Shown here: positions 49,862 through 60,491 of the stretch, piece by piece | Layout of the letters: every line of letters starts with the position of its first letter | Numbering within the stretch: the first letter of the stretch is position 1 | Assembly: GCA_963848305.1 (NCBI GenBank) | Contig: CAWKDC010000001.1 | Span: forward strand, 256,001 to 320,000 | DNA length: 64,000 nucleotides | Direction of reading: 5' to 3' | Source of the DNA: an uncultured Gammaproteobacteria bacterium | GTDB lineage: Bacteria; Pseudomonadota; Gammaproteobacteria; JABCZS01 | The notes under the pieces: model-generated | The model's input: the letters and a program-made list of their open reading frames with translations, nothing else | Database searches by the model: none | What the model was told of the DNA's origin: nothing | Program-made: the position numbers and the translations under genes

Positions 49862-52826
49862 GATAATCCCCGTACTTGTTGCAGACCACAATCTAAATGC
49901 AGAAAACTTGATCGACATAACTCTTCATACAATTTATCCCCTACACCAATCGCAGCAGGAATTGCCATTTCAGCTGCGCGAATGGCCATATGGGAATTTG
50001 CCCCACCATATTGTGTGATGAGACCTGCTATTCCATGCGAGAAAAGCCAATCATATCCTGGATCAGCCTGGGGAACCAAGACAATCGACCCGCGAAGATT
50101 GTCATGTTTATCATGTGAAACAGCCGGGGCAGTCACCGTCATGGTGGTGATAAAATTAGGTTGAGAGGTCATTCGCTCAAAACAATAAAAATCATTTTCC
50201 GAAACAATCAGTTGTGGCAGCTCAACCATTTTAGTCAGTTTCGCATTTCTACGACGTTGATCAACAATCTCTTGAATCATCGATACATTCAATTGACCTG
50301 ATCTTATTTGCTTAAACTCATCGAACTGCAAATATGAAATTGACTCACGCGAAAGCCCTACAAGTTTTCCAAAATGAGAAAAATGGTCTAGTGCAATACT
50401 CAGATTTTTCGTAAATTCAAACTTGACAGACTCGCGTGATTTGATAGCGCTTATCAAATAATTCACAAAGCACGAGAAAGAGATTGGCGATCCCAGATCA
50501 TTCAATACTGTCTGAATTGCATATTCAGCATTTTTTGAAAAAATAAATTGTTTATGTTGCGGTTTCTCATGAATCAATTTTGTTTTACGCAATAGATACC
50601 GTTCAGCTTCCTCCCAATACGCATGTTGTGTAATTTCATATGTTCCTGGCCTGAGGTGCCCATATCGCTGGCAAAAAACATTAACATCTAACTGATCATT
50701 TGCGACCTGATATGCATCTTCTTCAAATTCGCCAGCCACAGTTTTGATGGCATTCAAAAAGTCCTGCTTATCTTCAACAGATAAAATATGCGCTCTCACA
50801 AGACTATTGATAAAACTCATAGCGACAAAACCTGCTCTAGCTGCATGAGCAAATGCAAGTGTACCGAATTGGCGACAGTCCTCCAACAGTAAAATGGCTT
50901 TGTCGAGCGGTTCTAAATCACTACCCAGTATCAGTTTTCTTCTTTCCTCAAGTTGATTTAAGCTCGATATGTCATTATCAAGTCGTGTTAACGCTTGACG
51001 GGTGAGGATTTTCAATCCGTCTGACAACGCGATGATCTCATCGTGAGTGATGCCCAGTGGCGTTAATCTTGCTTTAGCTTCCTGCTCAAAGGTTGGTGTC
51101 CACACTGTAAAGGCAACAGCAAATTCAAGTTTGTCGTGAAGGTGTGGATTAGTGCTCAGAATGGACAGGTATGCATTGACAAGTCTTTTGGCACAATCAT
51201 GGCTCACTGTTTTTGGGATAAATGAATTAAGACTGGCTCGAATATCAACATAAGGTTGACCACAAAATGACACCAAAAGAGGCTGCGGGCGAACATCACG
51301 GTATCCGAACTGTGCACGTTGCGTTGCCCATACATCATCTGTAATCAGGAAACGATAAAGACTATAAGCCAGTGGTCTTGGGCGGATTCCAATAATTTCT
51401 GCGGGATTCCAATCGGGCATAACGCCAAATAATGTTTTTTCTCCTAACATAAATGGAGTAGGAATCTGAAGTGTCTGGAAAAGCTTTTTACTTTGATGAA
51501 GAGAGTCAGCAATATCGTTATCGCTGATATCATAATTGCTGTGATCCACTGTGATTGGACGCACCTGAAAAATATGCACAGTGCCACGTTTATCAACGGC
51601 AAATTCCACATCAAAGCGATCATAATCTAAGAGCACTTCGAGCTCACGAACAGCCCCGACAACGGGCGGCAGCTCTGGCGCAATATCAACGACAGATGAC
51701 GTTTGATCGCGGTTAATCAATACGGTTCTCAGATGTGCGCCATGACCAGAAGTGACAGATTCTGTCGAGCAAGATTGGTCGTCGAAGTTGATGCGATAAT
51801 AAGGTGAACCTGTTTCAAGTCCACGTGTAAATACGACACCCGAAAATTGAACGTCTGATAAAAAAGATTGAATGAGAATTTGATCTGAATGAGAAGATTC
51901 ACCAGATCGATACGATGCCACAACACTTTCAATACCGACATAAACATCTTGATAATTTCCGCTATCCACATTAAGAATGCTGGTGTAACAACCTGCATTT
52001 GATTTTGACCAATTGTCTTCAGATTTAGAACTGCTTCGAATAACGATTGGTGAATCATGAAAGGATTTTTTTATTTCACAAATAATGTCATTGGGTTTCT
52101 GAAGCCATTCTTTCACAGTGAAGCAACATTGCTCACCAATCACAGACTTTTTGACAAGTGGAGATAGACGGCTGAGGGTTTCTGCTTTCGTACCTAAAAT
52201 AAAATGCGCGATGTCTTTCGGGGAATTGAACTCAGTCCAGGCGCCTTCAGCATTGATCGATTGAATGCTGAAACCCTTTTTTGACAGAAATGTGAGCAAA
52301 TCCGTTAAATGCTGTCCAACCCATCGTTCATTCAAATCGATCATGTATTGACTTGCAAGAGGAGAAAATTTTAGCAGTCCTGTAAATTCCATTATTTGAC
52401 CGTCAATAGACATGACCTCTGCGCGCTTGATATCTTCTGGATCACGGTTGTCGTAACGATGTCGCCACTGTGCATCGTAAACCCAAACAACATCAGCCGT
52501 TTGTTCATATGCTTGACGAATGACCTCCGGTCGAAAAATGGTATCTGCGTAGGAAACAATGGTTGTGGCGGCGCGCCAGGGTGCCTGAAAAAGTGTATGG
52601 AGCACTGAATGTGACTGCCACTCCGGTACAACGATATAATGCAATTGTGGATAAGCAGCAATAATATCATCAATATGATACCCGCCTAAAAAATGAACTT
52701 TGGGCTGAGGCAATACGGACAAACTGTGTATCTGCCAATCTAACGCACGCTTCTGGATGCCGATTTCTTTGAGGGCAGATGGCTTCTCTCCAGAAACAGG
52801 TCGTCCTGCTCCTAGAAAGAAAACAT
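49858..52826 (-). CDS. L-glutamine kinase-like PEP-utilizing enzyme (Cj1418-like) with N-terminal nucleotidyltransferase-like domain
   Basis: TKAETL, IRSS, SNAG, MPDWNPAEIIG, GHLRPGTYEI, ADPGYDWLF and GGANSHMAIR (phospho-His). The frame extends upstream of 52722 as FFLGAGRP...KPSAL. A start at about 52826 needs one extra T. Confidence 0.85.
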
Positions 52827-52832
52827 CACAGG

Positions 52833-53048
52833 CTATTGTGGGGTTGTTTTCTCGGGTTCTTTTTTTTTAGATTTCACAAATAGGGATTTTATTTTGTACC
52901 AATACCCCTTGACAGCCATCACTGATGCCACCAATAACCCAGCCAGGGCTGACAAAATGGCACTGCCCGAACCCGGGTCAATGTAGGCCATCGCAGGTGT
53001 GGCGAATAAACTGAGACATATTGTCGCCATGAGAAATCGTGTATGCAT
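52833..53048 (-). CDS. Small membrane protein with AYIDPGSG motif
   Basis: Signal-like N-terminus (PAMA), then YIDPGSGS, one TM helix and a basic tail. First gene of the operon. Confidence 0.75.
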   Translation of the reverse strand: MHTRFLMATICLSLFATPAMAYIDPGSGSAILSALAGLLVASVMAVKGYWYKIKSLFVKSKKKEPEKTTPQ

Positions 53049-53127
53049 TGTATTGCCCCTGAAATCCTTTAACACTCTGCAATATTACATGCAATGTGCC
53101 TAAAATACAAGGCGGATATAACGTAAG

Positions 53128-53817
53128 TTAGTTAGACTCGAGAAGTTTTTTTCGTGCTCGCCAGTCAGGCATGAATTTATCCATCAATGACTTGAATCGT
53201 GCATTATGAGAAGCTTCTAACAAATGCACCAATTCATGCACAATCACATATTCAAGACAAGCAAGTGGGTATTTTATCAACGCGAGGTTCAAGCAAATAT
53301 TGCGTTTAACAGGGTGACATGTGCCCCAACGCGATTTCATTTGCCTTATTTGACAATGCGAGACACGCTCACCAATCATCTCTTCCCAGTGCGGTAACAA
53401 TTGTGTCATTTTCACTTCTAATTGATGGCGGTAAAATTGCATCAGTGCCTTCTGGCGATGCAATATCGTAGAGTTTTTTGAAACAAATATATGGATGTAA
53501 TCAGAATCGATGCAATGAACTTGTGATCGCTTGAGACGTTCATTGACTTGCAATACATATTCTTGACCTAAAAAAGCATGTCGCTCCCCGGAGTGATAAT
53601 GATAAACCGCTTCCGGCGATTGTGATTGACATGCAGATTGATGTTTTTTTATCCATTGAATATTCATTTCTGCAAAACGACGAATGGATGTCATTGAGCT
53701 ATGCAAGGGTGCTGATAATTTCACGGTGCCCTGTGGCGCGCAGACACGCAATGACATGTTTTTCATTTTCTTGAGATGCACTTCAATTGAAATGCCGTCT
53801 ATGCTGAATGTTATCAT
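53128..53817 (-). CDS. YgjP/DUF45-family zinc metallohydrolase
   Basis: MKSRWGTC and YVIVHELVHLLEASHNARF. Confidence 0.88.
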   Translation of the reverse strand: MITFSIDGISIEVHLKKMKNMSLRVCAPQGTVKLSAPLHSSMTSIRRFAEMNIQWIKKHQSACQSQSPEAVYHYHSGERHAFLGQEYVLQVNERLKRSQVHCIDSDYIHIFVSKNSTILHRQKALMQFYRHQLEVKMTQLLPHWEEMIGERVSHCQIRQMKSRWGTCHPVKRNICLNLALIKYPLACLEYVIVHELVHLLEASHNARFKSLMDKFMPDWRARKKLLESN

Positions 53818-53964
53818 ATATCAAGTTTGCAGTATTTATGAAAAAGTTTGAAATCGCCACGAGCCGTAATCAACTGACAACCGTAAAACCACAGATCATC
53901 TATGCCCATGCCGTAAAGTATACCGTAATATGTGACGTAAGACAAAGGTACTTGGGATTTATTA

Positions 53965-54420
53965 CTATACTTTCATCAAAAACCGATCCAATGCATTGGC
54001 AAAAGCCTGCTGATCCTGCTTATTTAACGGCGGTGAGCCGCCTGTTATCTGCCCTGCCCCACGTAGACCGTCCATGATATTGCGTACCGCAAGACGTTCG
54101 TGAATATTGTCTTTTGTATACATCTCCCCACGTGGATTGAGTGCATGCGCTCCTTTTTGAATCACAGCTGCAGCCAAGGGAATATCAGCGGTGATCACTA
54201 AATCACCAGGTTGAGAGACATCAATGATTTTTTGATCTGCAACATCAAAACCACCCAGCACCTGAACACGTTTAATAAAGGGGCTGCGCGGAATGGTGAT
54301 TGCATGATTTGCATAACAAATCGTTTGTATTTTTAATCGAATAGATGCGCGAAAAATGATATCTTTGACTTGATTAGGACACGCATCAGCGTCAACGAGA
54401 ATGTTCATTATGCTGCTCAA
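53965..54420 (-). CDS. yaiI: YaiI/YqxD (UPF0178) family protein
   Basis: [15 protein letters not shown] and [11 protein letters not shown]. Confidence 0.9.
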   Translation of the reverse strand: MSSIMNILVDADACPNQVKDIIFRASIRLKIQTICYANHAITIPRSPFIKRVQVLGGFDVADQKIIDVSQPGDLVITADIPLAAAVIQKGAHALNPRGEMYTKDNIHERLAVRNIMDGLRGAGQITGGSPPLNKQDQQAFANALDRFLMKV

Positions 54421-55540
54421 TGCCTAGTCGCGCTTTCAAATAGCGCTCTTGCCGACGTGTTTTGTCTTTGACCTGCCCCACCAACTGCCCGCAAGCTGCA
54501 TCAATATCATCGCCACGCGTGCGTCTGACGGTCGTCACAAAACCGGCTTTAGACAGGATATGTTGAAAACGATCAATCGTATCGTCATCAGATCGTTGAT
54601 AAATCGTATGGGGAAAAGGATTGAAAGGGATCAAATTCACTTTTGAGGGAACATCACTCAACAACTTCACAAGCTGTCGTGCATGCTCTGGTTGATCGTT
54701 CACGCCCGCCAACATCACGTATTCCATTGTGACACTACGTCTTGGCTCATCTTTGAAAAAGTTTTTACATGCGAGCATCAAATCTTTAAGCGGATATTTT
54801 TTATTGAGCGGCACTAATTTATCGCGCAGCTCATCATTGGGTGCATGCAAAGACACCGCCAATGCCACATCACATTCTTTGCTCAGCGCATCCATGCCGG
54901 GAATCACGCCAGAGGTGCTCACAGTGACGCGGTATTTTGATAAACCATACGCAAAATCATCTCGCATCAAATTCAGTGCAGGAATGAGATTATCATAGTT
55001 CAACATCGGCTCACCCATGCCCATCATCACGACATTGGTCACGGCATGATCATGCATGCCATTGGTTTTTGATAATGAGCGCACAGCAATCCAAAGCTGG
55101 CTGATAATTTCTGCAGTGGTGAGATTCCGATTAAAGCCTTGCTTACCGGTAGAACAAAAATCACAATTCAGAATGCAGCCCACTTGTGATGAAATGCACA
55201 ATGTCCCGCGATTGGCAGATGGAATGAATACCGTTTCAATCGAATTCCCATCTTCTAATTGTATGATCCATTTGTACGTTCCATCATCCGCGCGTTTTTC
55301 AAGCGCTATTGTCGGTAATTTGATCTCGGCAATTTCAGCTAATTTTTCACGCAATACTTTGCTGAGATTGGTCATCTCATTGAAATCTTGAACACCTGCC
55401 GTATGGATCCACTTCAATACTTGTTGCGCACGAAATGGCTTCTCCCCATGGGATTCAAAAAAGGCGCGCATGTTCTTTAAATCAAGGCCTAATAGATTTG
55501 TTTTGGGTAACGTATTAATTTTCAGATCCTGTGACAACAT
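54392..55540 (-). CDS. rlmN: 23S rRNA A2503/tRNA A37 C2-methyltransferase
   Basis: [26 protein letters not shown] and DIDAACGQL. Confidence 0.95.
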   Translation of the reverse strand: MLSQDLKINTLPKTNLLGLDLKNMRAFFESHGEKPFRAQQVLKWIHTAGVQDFNEMTNLSKVLREKLAEIAEIKLPTIALEKRADDGTYKWIIQLEDGNSIETVFIPSANRGTLCISSQVGCILNCDFCSTGKQGFNRNLTTAEIISQLWIAVRSLSKTNGMHDHAVTNVVMMGMGEPMLNYDNLIPALNLMRDDFAYGLSKYRVTVSTSGVIPGMDALSKECDVALAVSLHAPNDELRDKLVPLNKKYPLKDLMLACKNFFKDEPRRSVTMEYVMLAGVNDQPEHARQLVKLLSDVPSKVNLIPFNPFPHTIYQRSDDDTIDRFQHILSKAGFVTTVRRTRGDDIDAACGQLVGQVKDKTRRQERYLKARLGIEQHNEHSR

Positions 55541-55733
55541 ATTGATAAAATGCCCGCATGCTTCGCCCCTGCAATTCTGCATGATTTTCACGTTATTGTG
55601 AATCATACTGCAATAAGCCGGAACAAGTCAATCAACTAATAATGGAATTAAATCAATACATTAAAATATCATTGTATCCTATTGATTTATATGACCTATT
55701 GACAAGTTTTTATGGCTGGTATATCCTGGGGGC

Positions 55734-56681
55734 ATGACTCAACCTAAAGAACCAATACAGACAGATACCACGCTGACCGAGCAAGAAAAGGCCATTCTCT
55801 GGGGGATGCTGGCTGCCACTGCCTACGAACTTGTCGTTGTCGGCCTCGCTGTTTATTTGTATTTTGAATACGGCCTCATCGAAACCATGATATCTACCAT
55901 GGTGGCGCTCGGCATCCAATTGCTGGCCATGAAAGCTTTGAAAAAAGACATTCACCCTGTCTTATACGTTCAATTTTTTATTTTAATGGTATTTGGTTTG
56001 CCTGCGATGCTAGTCGATGAAGATTTTTATAAGTATTCGCAAGTCGGATCTGGGCTGATCATGGGACTTGCCTTTTTTGCACGATCTTTTTATGCGTCCT
56101 ATTACGACCAAACGGTACCTCCGCTTGTGCAATCGTTTATTCCAAACGATGCAACAGGCGCCCTGTCGAAATATTTTCATCTTAAGGATGAAGCATCTCA
56201 ACATACACGCATAAAACAATGGACACTGATCGGTCTTTCAATAGGAATCATCATTGGATTATCTCTTTTATACACTCAACAAGACGTTCTGCACAGCGAC
56301 TTTTTAGAAGAATGGGCTTCTTGGCTGTGCATAGCTGCGCCAGTCATTGCTACACCACTGTTGGGGTGGGGTTCTGCACATTTGGTCCAAGCATTTCCGC
56401 GCATCCATGATACGATCGCGTCGTCAATACCTCAAAATCCGCATTTATGGCGAAAAGTCGATCACCTCTGGTCCGCCGAAATGACAGCCAGCGCATTGAT
56501 CAGTGGTGCCGTTGCGCTTTGGGGTAATACTGATCAATGGTTTATTGGCAGCTATACCATTGGGCCGTCGCTCACATTCATTGCTTTCGCGATCTGGGGA
56601 AAATGGATGTATGATGCGGCTAAGTCAAGTTCTTCAGCACAGGCAACTGAGCCCAGCGCGTTGTGTAAGCAGGCGACTTAA
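55734..56681 (+). CDS. YciB/IspA-like membrane protein with internal insertion
   Basis: ILMVFGL...DEDFYK and WRKVDHLW...NTDQW...LTF resemble the YciB N- and C-halves, separated by about 110 extra residues. Confidence 0.5.
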   Translation: MTQPKEPIQTDTTLTEQEKAILWGMLAATAYELVVVGLAVYLYFEYGLIETMISTMVALGIQLLAMKALKKDIHPVLYVQFFILMVFGLPAMLVDEDFYKYSQVGSGLIMGLAFFARSFYASYYDQTVPPLVQSFIPNDATGALSKYFHLKDEASQHTRIKQWTLIGLSIGIIIGLSLLYTQQDVLHSDFLEEWASWLCIAAPVIATPLLGWGSAHLVQAFPRIHDTIASSIPQNPHLWRKVDHLWSAEMTASALISGAVALWGNTDQWFIGSYTIGPSLTFIAFAIWGKWMYDAAKSSSSAQATEPSALCKQAT

Positions 56682-57885
56682 ACTCAAATTGCGTATCCCA
56701 GGTTTTATCAAAACCAACTGAAGCCAATCGCACAGTATTTTTACCGTACCGTTTATTGATGCTATCGAAAATAGATAAAAATGCGGCGGTTTCTTCCTCT
56801 TTTGCCTCATCTTGTTTTTGAAATAAATCACATTGAATAATGCTGTTGTCTGATAAATCATCCAGCCACACGCCTACTTTTTTGTATTGAAAAGCGGGCT
56901 TAAAAATCTCGCGCAAACATTGTTTGGCATGATGGGTGAGCACCCTTATATCATCGGTTGGCACAATAAAACGCACGGAGGCTGATTGTTCATATTGAGG
57001 CAAATCCTCCCGAAAACGATTCGTGCGCAAAAAAACACTGAGATGCCTTGCCAATGATCGTTGCTGACGCAATTTCTCATAAACGGATGCACAATGCATG
57101 CTAACGGCCTGCGCAAGCACATCCAATTCTGTTTCCATTTTATTGAAAGAACGGGATGATAGGATAGATTTTCTCGGCTCTTCTACTTGCTCCATCGCCA
57201 AACAAGACACGCCATTTAATTCCATCGCCGTTCGCATCATCACCACATTATATTGCCGCCTCAATTGATTCGGATCGATCTGTGTTAAATCGTATGCAGT
57301 ATTGATGCCTTGACACATCAGTTTTTTACGCCACTGCCGCCCTATTCCCCACACATCGCCAATATCGATTCTCTTCAGCCAATCAAGCTCGTTCATCACA
57401 TTAAACACAGGCACTTTCAAACATTTTTTAGCGACATGATTTGATATTTTGGTTAACGTTTTGCTCGCGCCCAAGCCAATCGAGGTGGGAATGCCTGTCC
57501 ATTTGAAAATCTTTTTTTGTAGATCGATACAAAAGGATTCGTGACGATCAGGCGGCAAAGCTGATAAATTTAAAAATGCTTCATCGACAGAATATATTTC
57601 AACCTCTTCCCAGGCATCCTCAATCACAGACATCACACGCTGTGATAAATCCCGGTAAAGCGTGAAATTCGATGAAAACACATGAATATGTTTGCTCATG
57701 CAAAATGGTTTGATTTTAAAATAAGGCTCACCCATCTCAACGCCGAGCGCTTTCGCTTCATTTGAGCGCGCAATCACGCAGCCATCGCCACTTGATAAGA
57801 CGACAATGGGCTTTCCTATTAAATCCGGGCGAAATAGCCGTTCGCAAGATGCATAGAAGTTATTACAATCGACCAATGCATACAT
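56620..57885 (-). CDS. umuC: Y-family DNA polymerase V subunit
   Basis: ALVDCNNFYASCE, YSVDEAF, DVWGIG and C-terminal SPAYTTRW. Confidence 0.93.
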   Translation of the reverse strand: MYALVDCNNFYASCERLFRPDLIGKPIVVLSSGDGCVIARSNEAKALGVEMGEPYFKIKPFCMSKHIHVFSSNFTLYRDLSQRVMSVIEDAWEEVEIYSVDEAFLNLSALPPDRHESFCIDLQKKIFKWTGIPTSIGLGASKTLTKISNHVAKKCLKVPVFNVMNELDWLKRIDIGDVWGIGRQWRKKLMCQGINTAYDLTQIDPNQLRRQYNVVMMRTAMELNGVSCLAMEQVEEPRKSILSSRSFNKMETELDVLAQAVSMHCASVYEKLRQQRSLARHLSVFLRTNRFREDLPQYEQSASVRFIVPTDDIRVLTHHAKQCLREIFKPAFQYKKVGVWLDDLSDNSIIQCDLFQKQDEAKEEETAAFLSIFDSINKRYGKNTVRLASVGFDKTWDTQFEFKSPAYTTRWAQLPVLKNLT

Positions 57886-57892
57886 ACTATAT

Positions 57893-58414
57893 TTACTCCG
57901 GCGTATGAATCACGTGGGTGACAACTCCCCAAATCACCAATTCGTGCATATCAGTGATATCCATCGGGTGATACTGTGGATTGGCGGGCATGAGTTGTAA
58001 ACGCCCATTTATTTGCGACAGCCGTTTCACGGTTAATTCCCCGTCTATGGCTGCAATCACGATTTTGCCATGCCGAGCCTCTAGGCTTCTGTCGACAATC
58101 AGCAGATCACCAGATTGAATGCCCGCACCCGTCATCGAATCCCCCGAGGCGATAACCATAAAGGTAGCTGCCGGGTGCTTGATGAATTGCTGGTTTAAAT
58201 CGAGATAACGTTCAATATAGTCGTCCCCAGGCGCAGGAAAGCCAGCGGGAACTTTACTACCGTACAAGGGGATGCCGTGCTTATGTTCAAGTAACAGCTG
58301 AATATCGTCCACCCGGGAGACTGGGACGCGGATAGACTGCGTCGGGCTTAACCCGAACTTCCCGCGCCCCACAGGCCGCCCCGCCCCTTCCCGCCGACCA
58401 CCCCTTTGAGCCAC
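57893..58414 (-). CDS. umuD: UmuD (S24) with N-terminal RGG.R.GAGR extension
   Basis: VPAGFP cleavage site, GDSM and TVKRL. Confidence 0.9.
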   Translation of the reverse strand: MAQRGGRREGAGRPVGRGKFGLSPTQSIRVPVSRVDDIQLLLEHKHGIPLYGSKVPAGFPAPGDDYIERYLDLNQQFIKHPAATFMVIASGDSMTGAGIQSGDLLIVDRSLEARHGKIVIAAIDGELTVKRLSQINGRLQLMPANPQYHPMDITDMHELVIWGVVTHVIHTPE

Positions 58415-58530
58415 AACTGCACCCCTTTTGATTATTGAAACAATATTCAAATAGTAGGTTAAGCGCTAAGGCCTGTCAAGGAGAAAAATATGCGGTATAC
58501 TTCATGGGGAATATATGGGGATAAGGGACT

Positions 58531-58968
58531 ATGAGACCGTACAAACTAGACACATCATCATTGGCGCGAGCCATCAAGCAAATGGAGCAAAGTCTCGCCT
58601 ATTACCATTCAGAGACAGTACAAGCAGATCCTGGGCTGACACGGCAGTTGCGTGCGGCAGCTATTCAGGCATTTGAATTTACCTATGAGCTTTCATGCAA
58701 AATGCTGAAGCGTTATCTTGAAATGACCTCCCCTCATCCACAAGAAATCGAATCGATGTCTTTTAAAGATTTAATTCGAACAGGCTGCGAGCGTGAATTA
58801 TTACTGTCGGATGTAGAACAATGGACACGATTTCGATATGAGAGAAGTATTACCAGCCATACGTATGATGAAAAAAAATCAATAGAAGTTTTTCAGAGTA
58901 TTCCATCATTTTTGAATGAAGCAGAATACCTTCTCGCATCACTCAACACAAGAATCGGTGAAGTATGA
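58531..58968 (+). CDS. HI0074-type HEPN nucleotidyltransferase substrate-binding protein
   Basis: AIQAFEFTYELS.K and RSITSHTYDE (Rx4H). Confidence 0.85.
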   Translation: MRPYKLDTSSLARAIKQMEQSLAYYHSETVQADPGLTRQLRAAAIQAFEFTYELSCKMLKRYLEMTSPHPQEIESMSFKDLIRTGCERELLLSDVEQWTRFRYERSITSHTYDEKKSIEVFQSIPSFLNEAEYLLASLNTRIGEV

Positions 58969-59264
58969 TTGCGATGAATTCTTCTCATCTTGAATTGGTT
59001 AAAAAAATTTTGCATCATCATCTGCCGAAAGGAACAAGTATTTGGGTATTTGGATCACGCGCAAGAGGACAATCAAAAAAATATTCTGACCTCGACCTGG
59101 CAATTGACATGAACGGAGAACCCATTCCAATCAAACTGCTTTCTGCGATCTGTTTTGATCTGGAAGAATCAGACCTGCCTTACAAAGTAGATATTGTAGA
59201 TTGGAATACGATTGACAAAACGTTCCAAGAATGTATTCGAGAAGATATGGAAGTATTAAATTAA
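58965..59264 (+). CDS. Minimal nucleotidyltransferase (HI0073/MNT type)
   Basis: VFGSRARG...SDLDLAI and LPYKVDIVD. Overlaps the HEPN gene. Confidence 0.88.
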   Translation: MIAMNSSHLELVKKILHHHLPKGTSIWVFGSRARGQSKKYSDLDLAIDMNGEPIPIKLLSAICFDLEESDLPYKVDIVDWNTIDKTFQECIREDMEVLN

Positions 59265-59270
59265 AAAGGA

Positions 59271-60454
59271 ATGGATATGAGAACAAAATGTTTTAAAATT
59301 GCTTTTCTAACGCTGTGCTTATGTTTTATGGGGATCCTCTCAGGACAGGCAGCAACCTCATTAGAAGATAAAGCCAAAAGCTGGATGAAACGTAATGGCA
59401 TTCCTGGGGCAGCCATTGTTGTCTACGACAATGGCAAAATCAAAAAATACTCTTTCGGATATGCCGACAGGGAGAATAAAAAACCAGTCACAGAAGACAC
59501 CATTTTCGAGATCGCCTCTCTTACCAAAATTTTCACGGCTGTTTTATTAGCGGGAGAAATCAATAGCGGCAGCATGAAACTCAGCGATTCCGTGACAAAA
59601 TATGTTTCCGACATCACTCCATCGTCTCGCAATAAATTCAATCAAATCACGCTTGAAAACTTGGCCACACACACTTCAGGCCTTCCTTTCAATGTTCCAA
59701 GAAGCATTAACTCAAGAACTAAATTGGCGAAGTATTTGTCCTCATGGAAGAATCCTGCATCGGTAGGCGCATCCTGGTTATATTCTAATGTCAATTTAGG
59801 GCTGATAGGTTATGCGCTTGAAAAGGAAAGTCAAAAATCGATTTATGATTTATATGCTGAAAAAATTTTACATCCACTCGGCATGCGCACCAGTAACGCA
59901 ATGATTCCTGATGGCTTGCTGTCCTTTTATGCACAAGGATACAACATGGCGGGCAATCCAGCACCACGACGCAACATGAAAGAGTGGATCAAACCGCCGA
60001 ACAGCGATTGGATATTCCCAGCAACAGGTGCGCTCAAATCAACGCCACGCGATATGGCACTGTTCTTGAAAGCTGCTTTGCGATTACCCGGTACGCCTGC
60101 ATACATTGCTGATGCGATGAAATTAACACAAACCACTTTTGTTCAAACCACTCGTTTCCAACAAGGATTAACGTGGATTATTCACCCAGATCCTGTCAAA
60201 AACAAAACTAAATTATTATCTGCTAAAATCAAGGGCGAGCCTTTCCAGCGAATGCCTACACTAAAGGTGATATATTTGATGGAAATGCGTTGATGGAAAA
60301 AACAGGTGCGTCTGGTGGTTTTCGTGCCTATATTGCTGTTATCCCCAATCAGCAAAAAGGAGTTGTCGTGATGGCGAATCGTTACATCACAAGCACCGAA
60401 TTGGTTCACATGGGGAGATGGGTTTTGCTTAGCAACGACATTTTGATGCAATAA
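59271..60454 (+). CDS. Class C beta-lactamase/serine hydrolase, frameshifted near 60263
   Basis: FEIASLTK (SxxK), THTSGL and YSN. KTG (EKTGASGGF...VVVMAN) lies in the shifted frame. Confidence 0.85.
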
Positions 60455-60491
60455 ACATGACCTTAGTTATACACGGATTATAGGCGACATT

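Noticed and set aside
58531-59264. HEPN/MNT pair as a novel defence system
   Set aside because: It fits the well-known HI0074/HI0073-type module.
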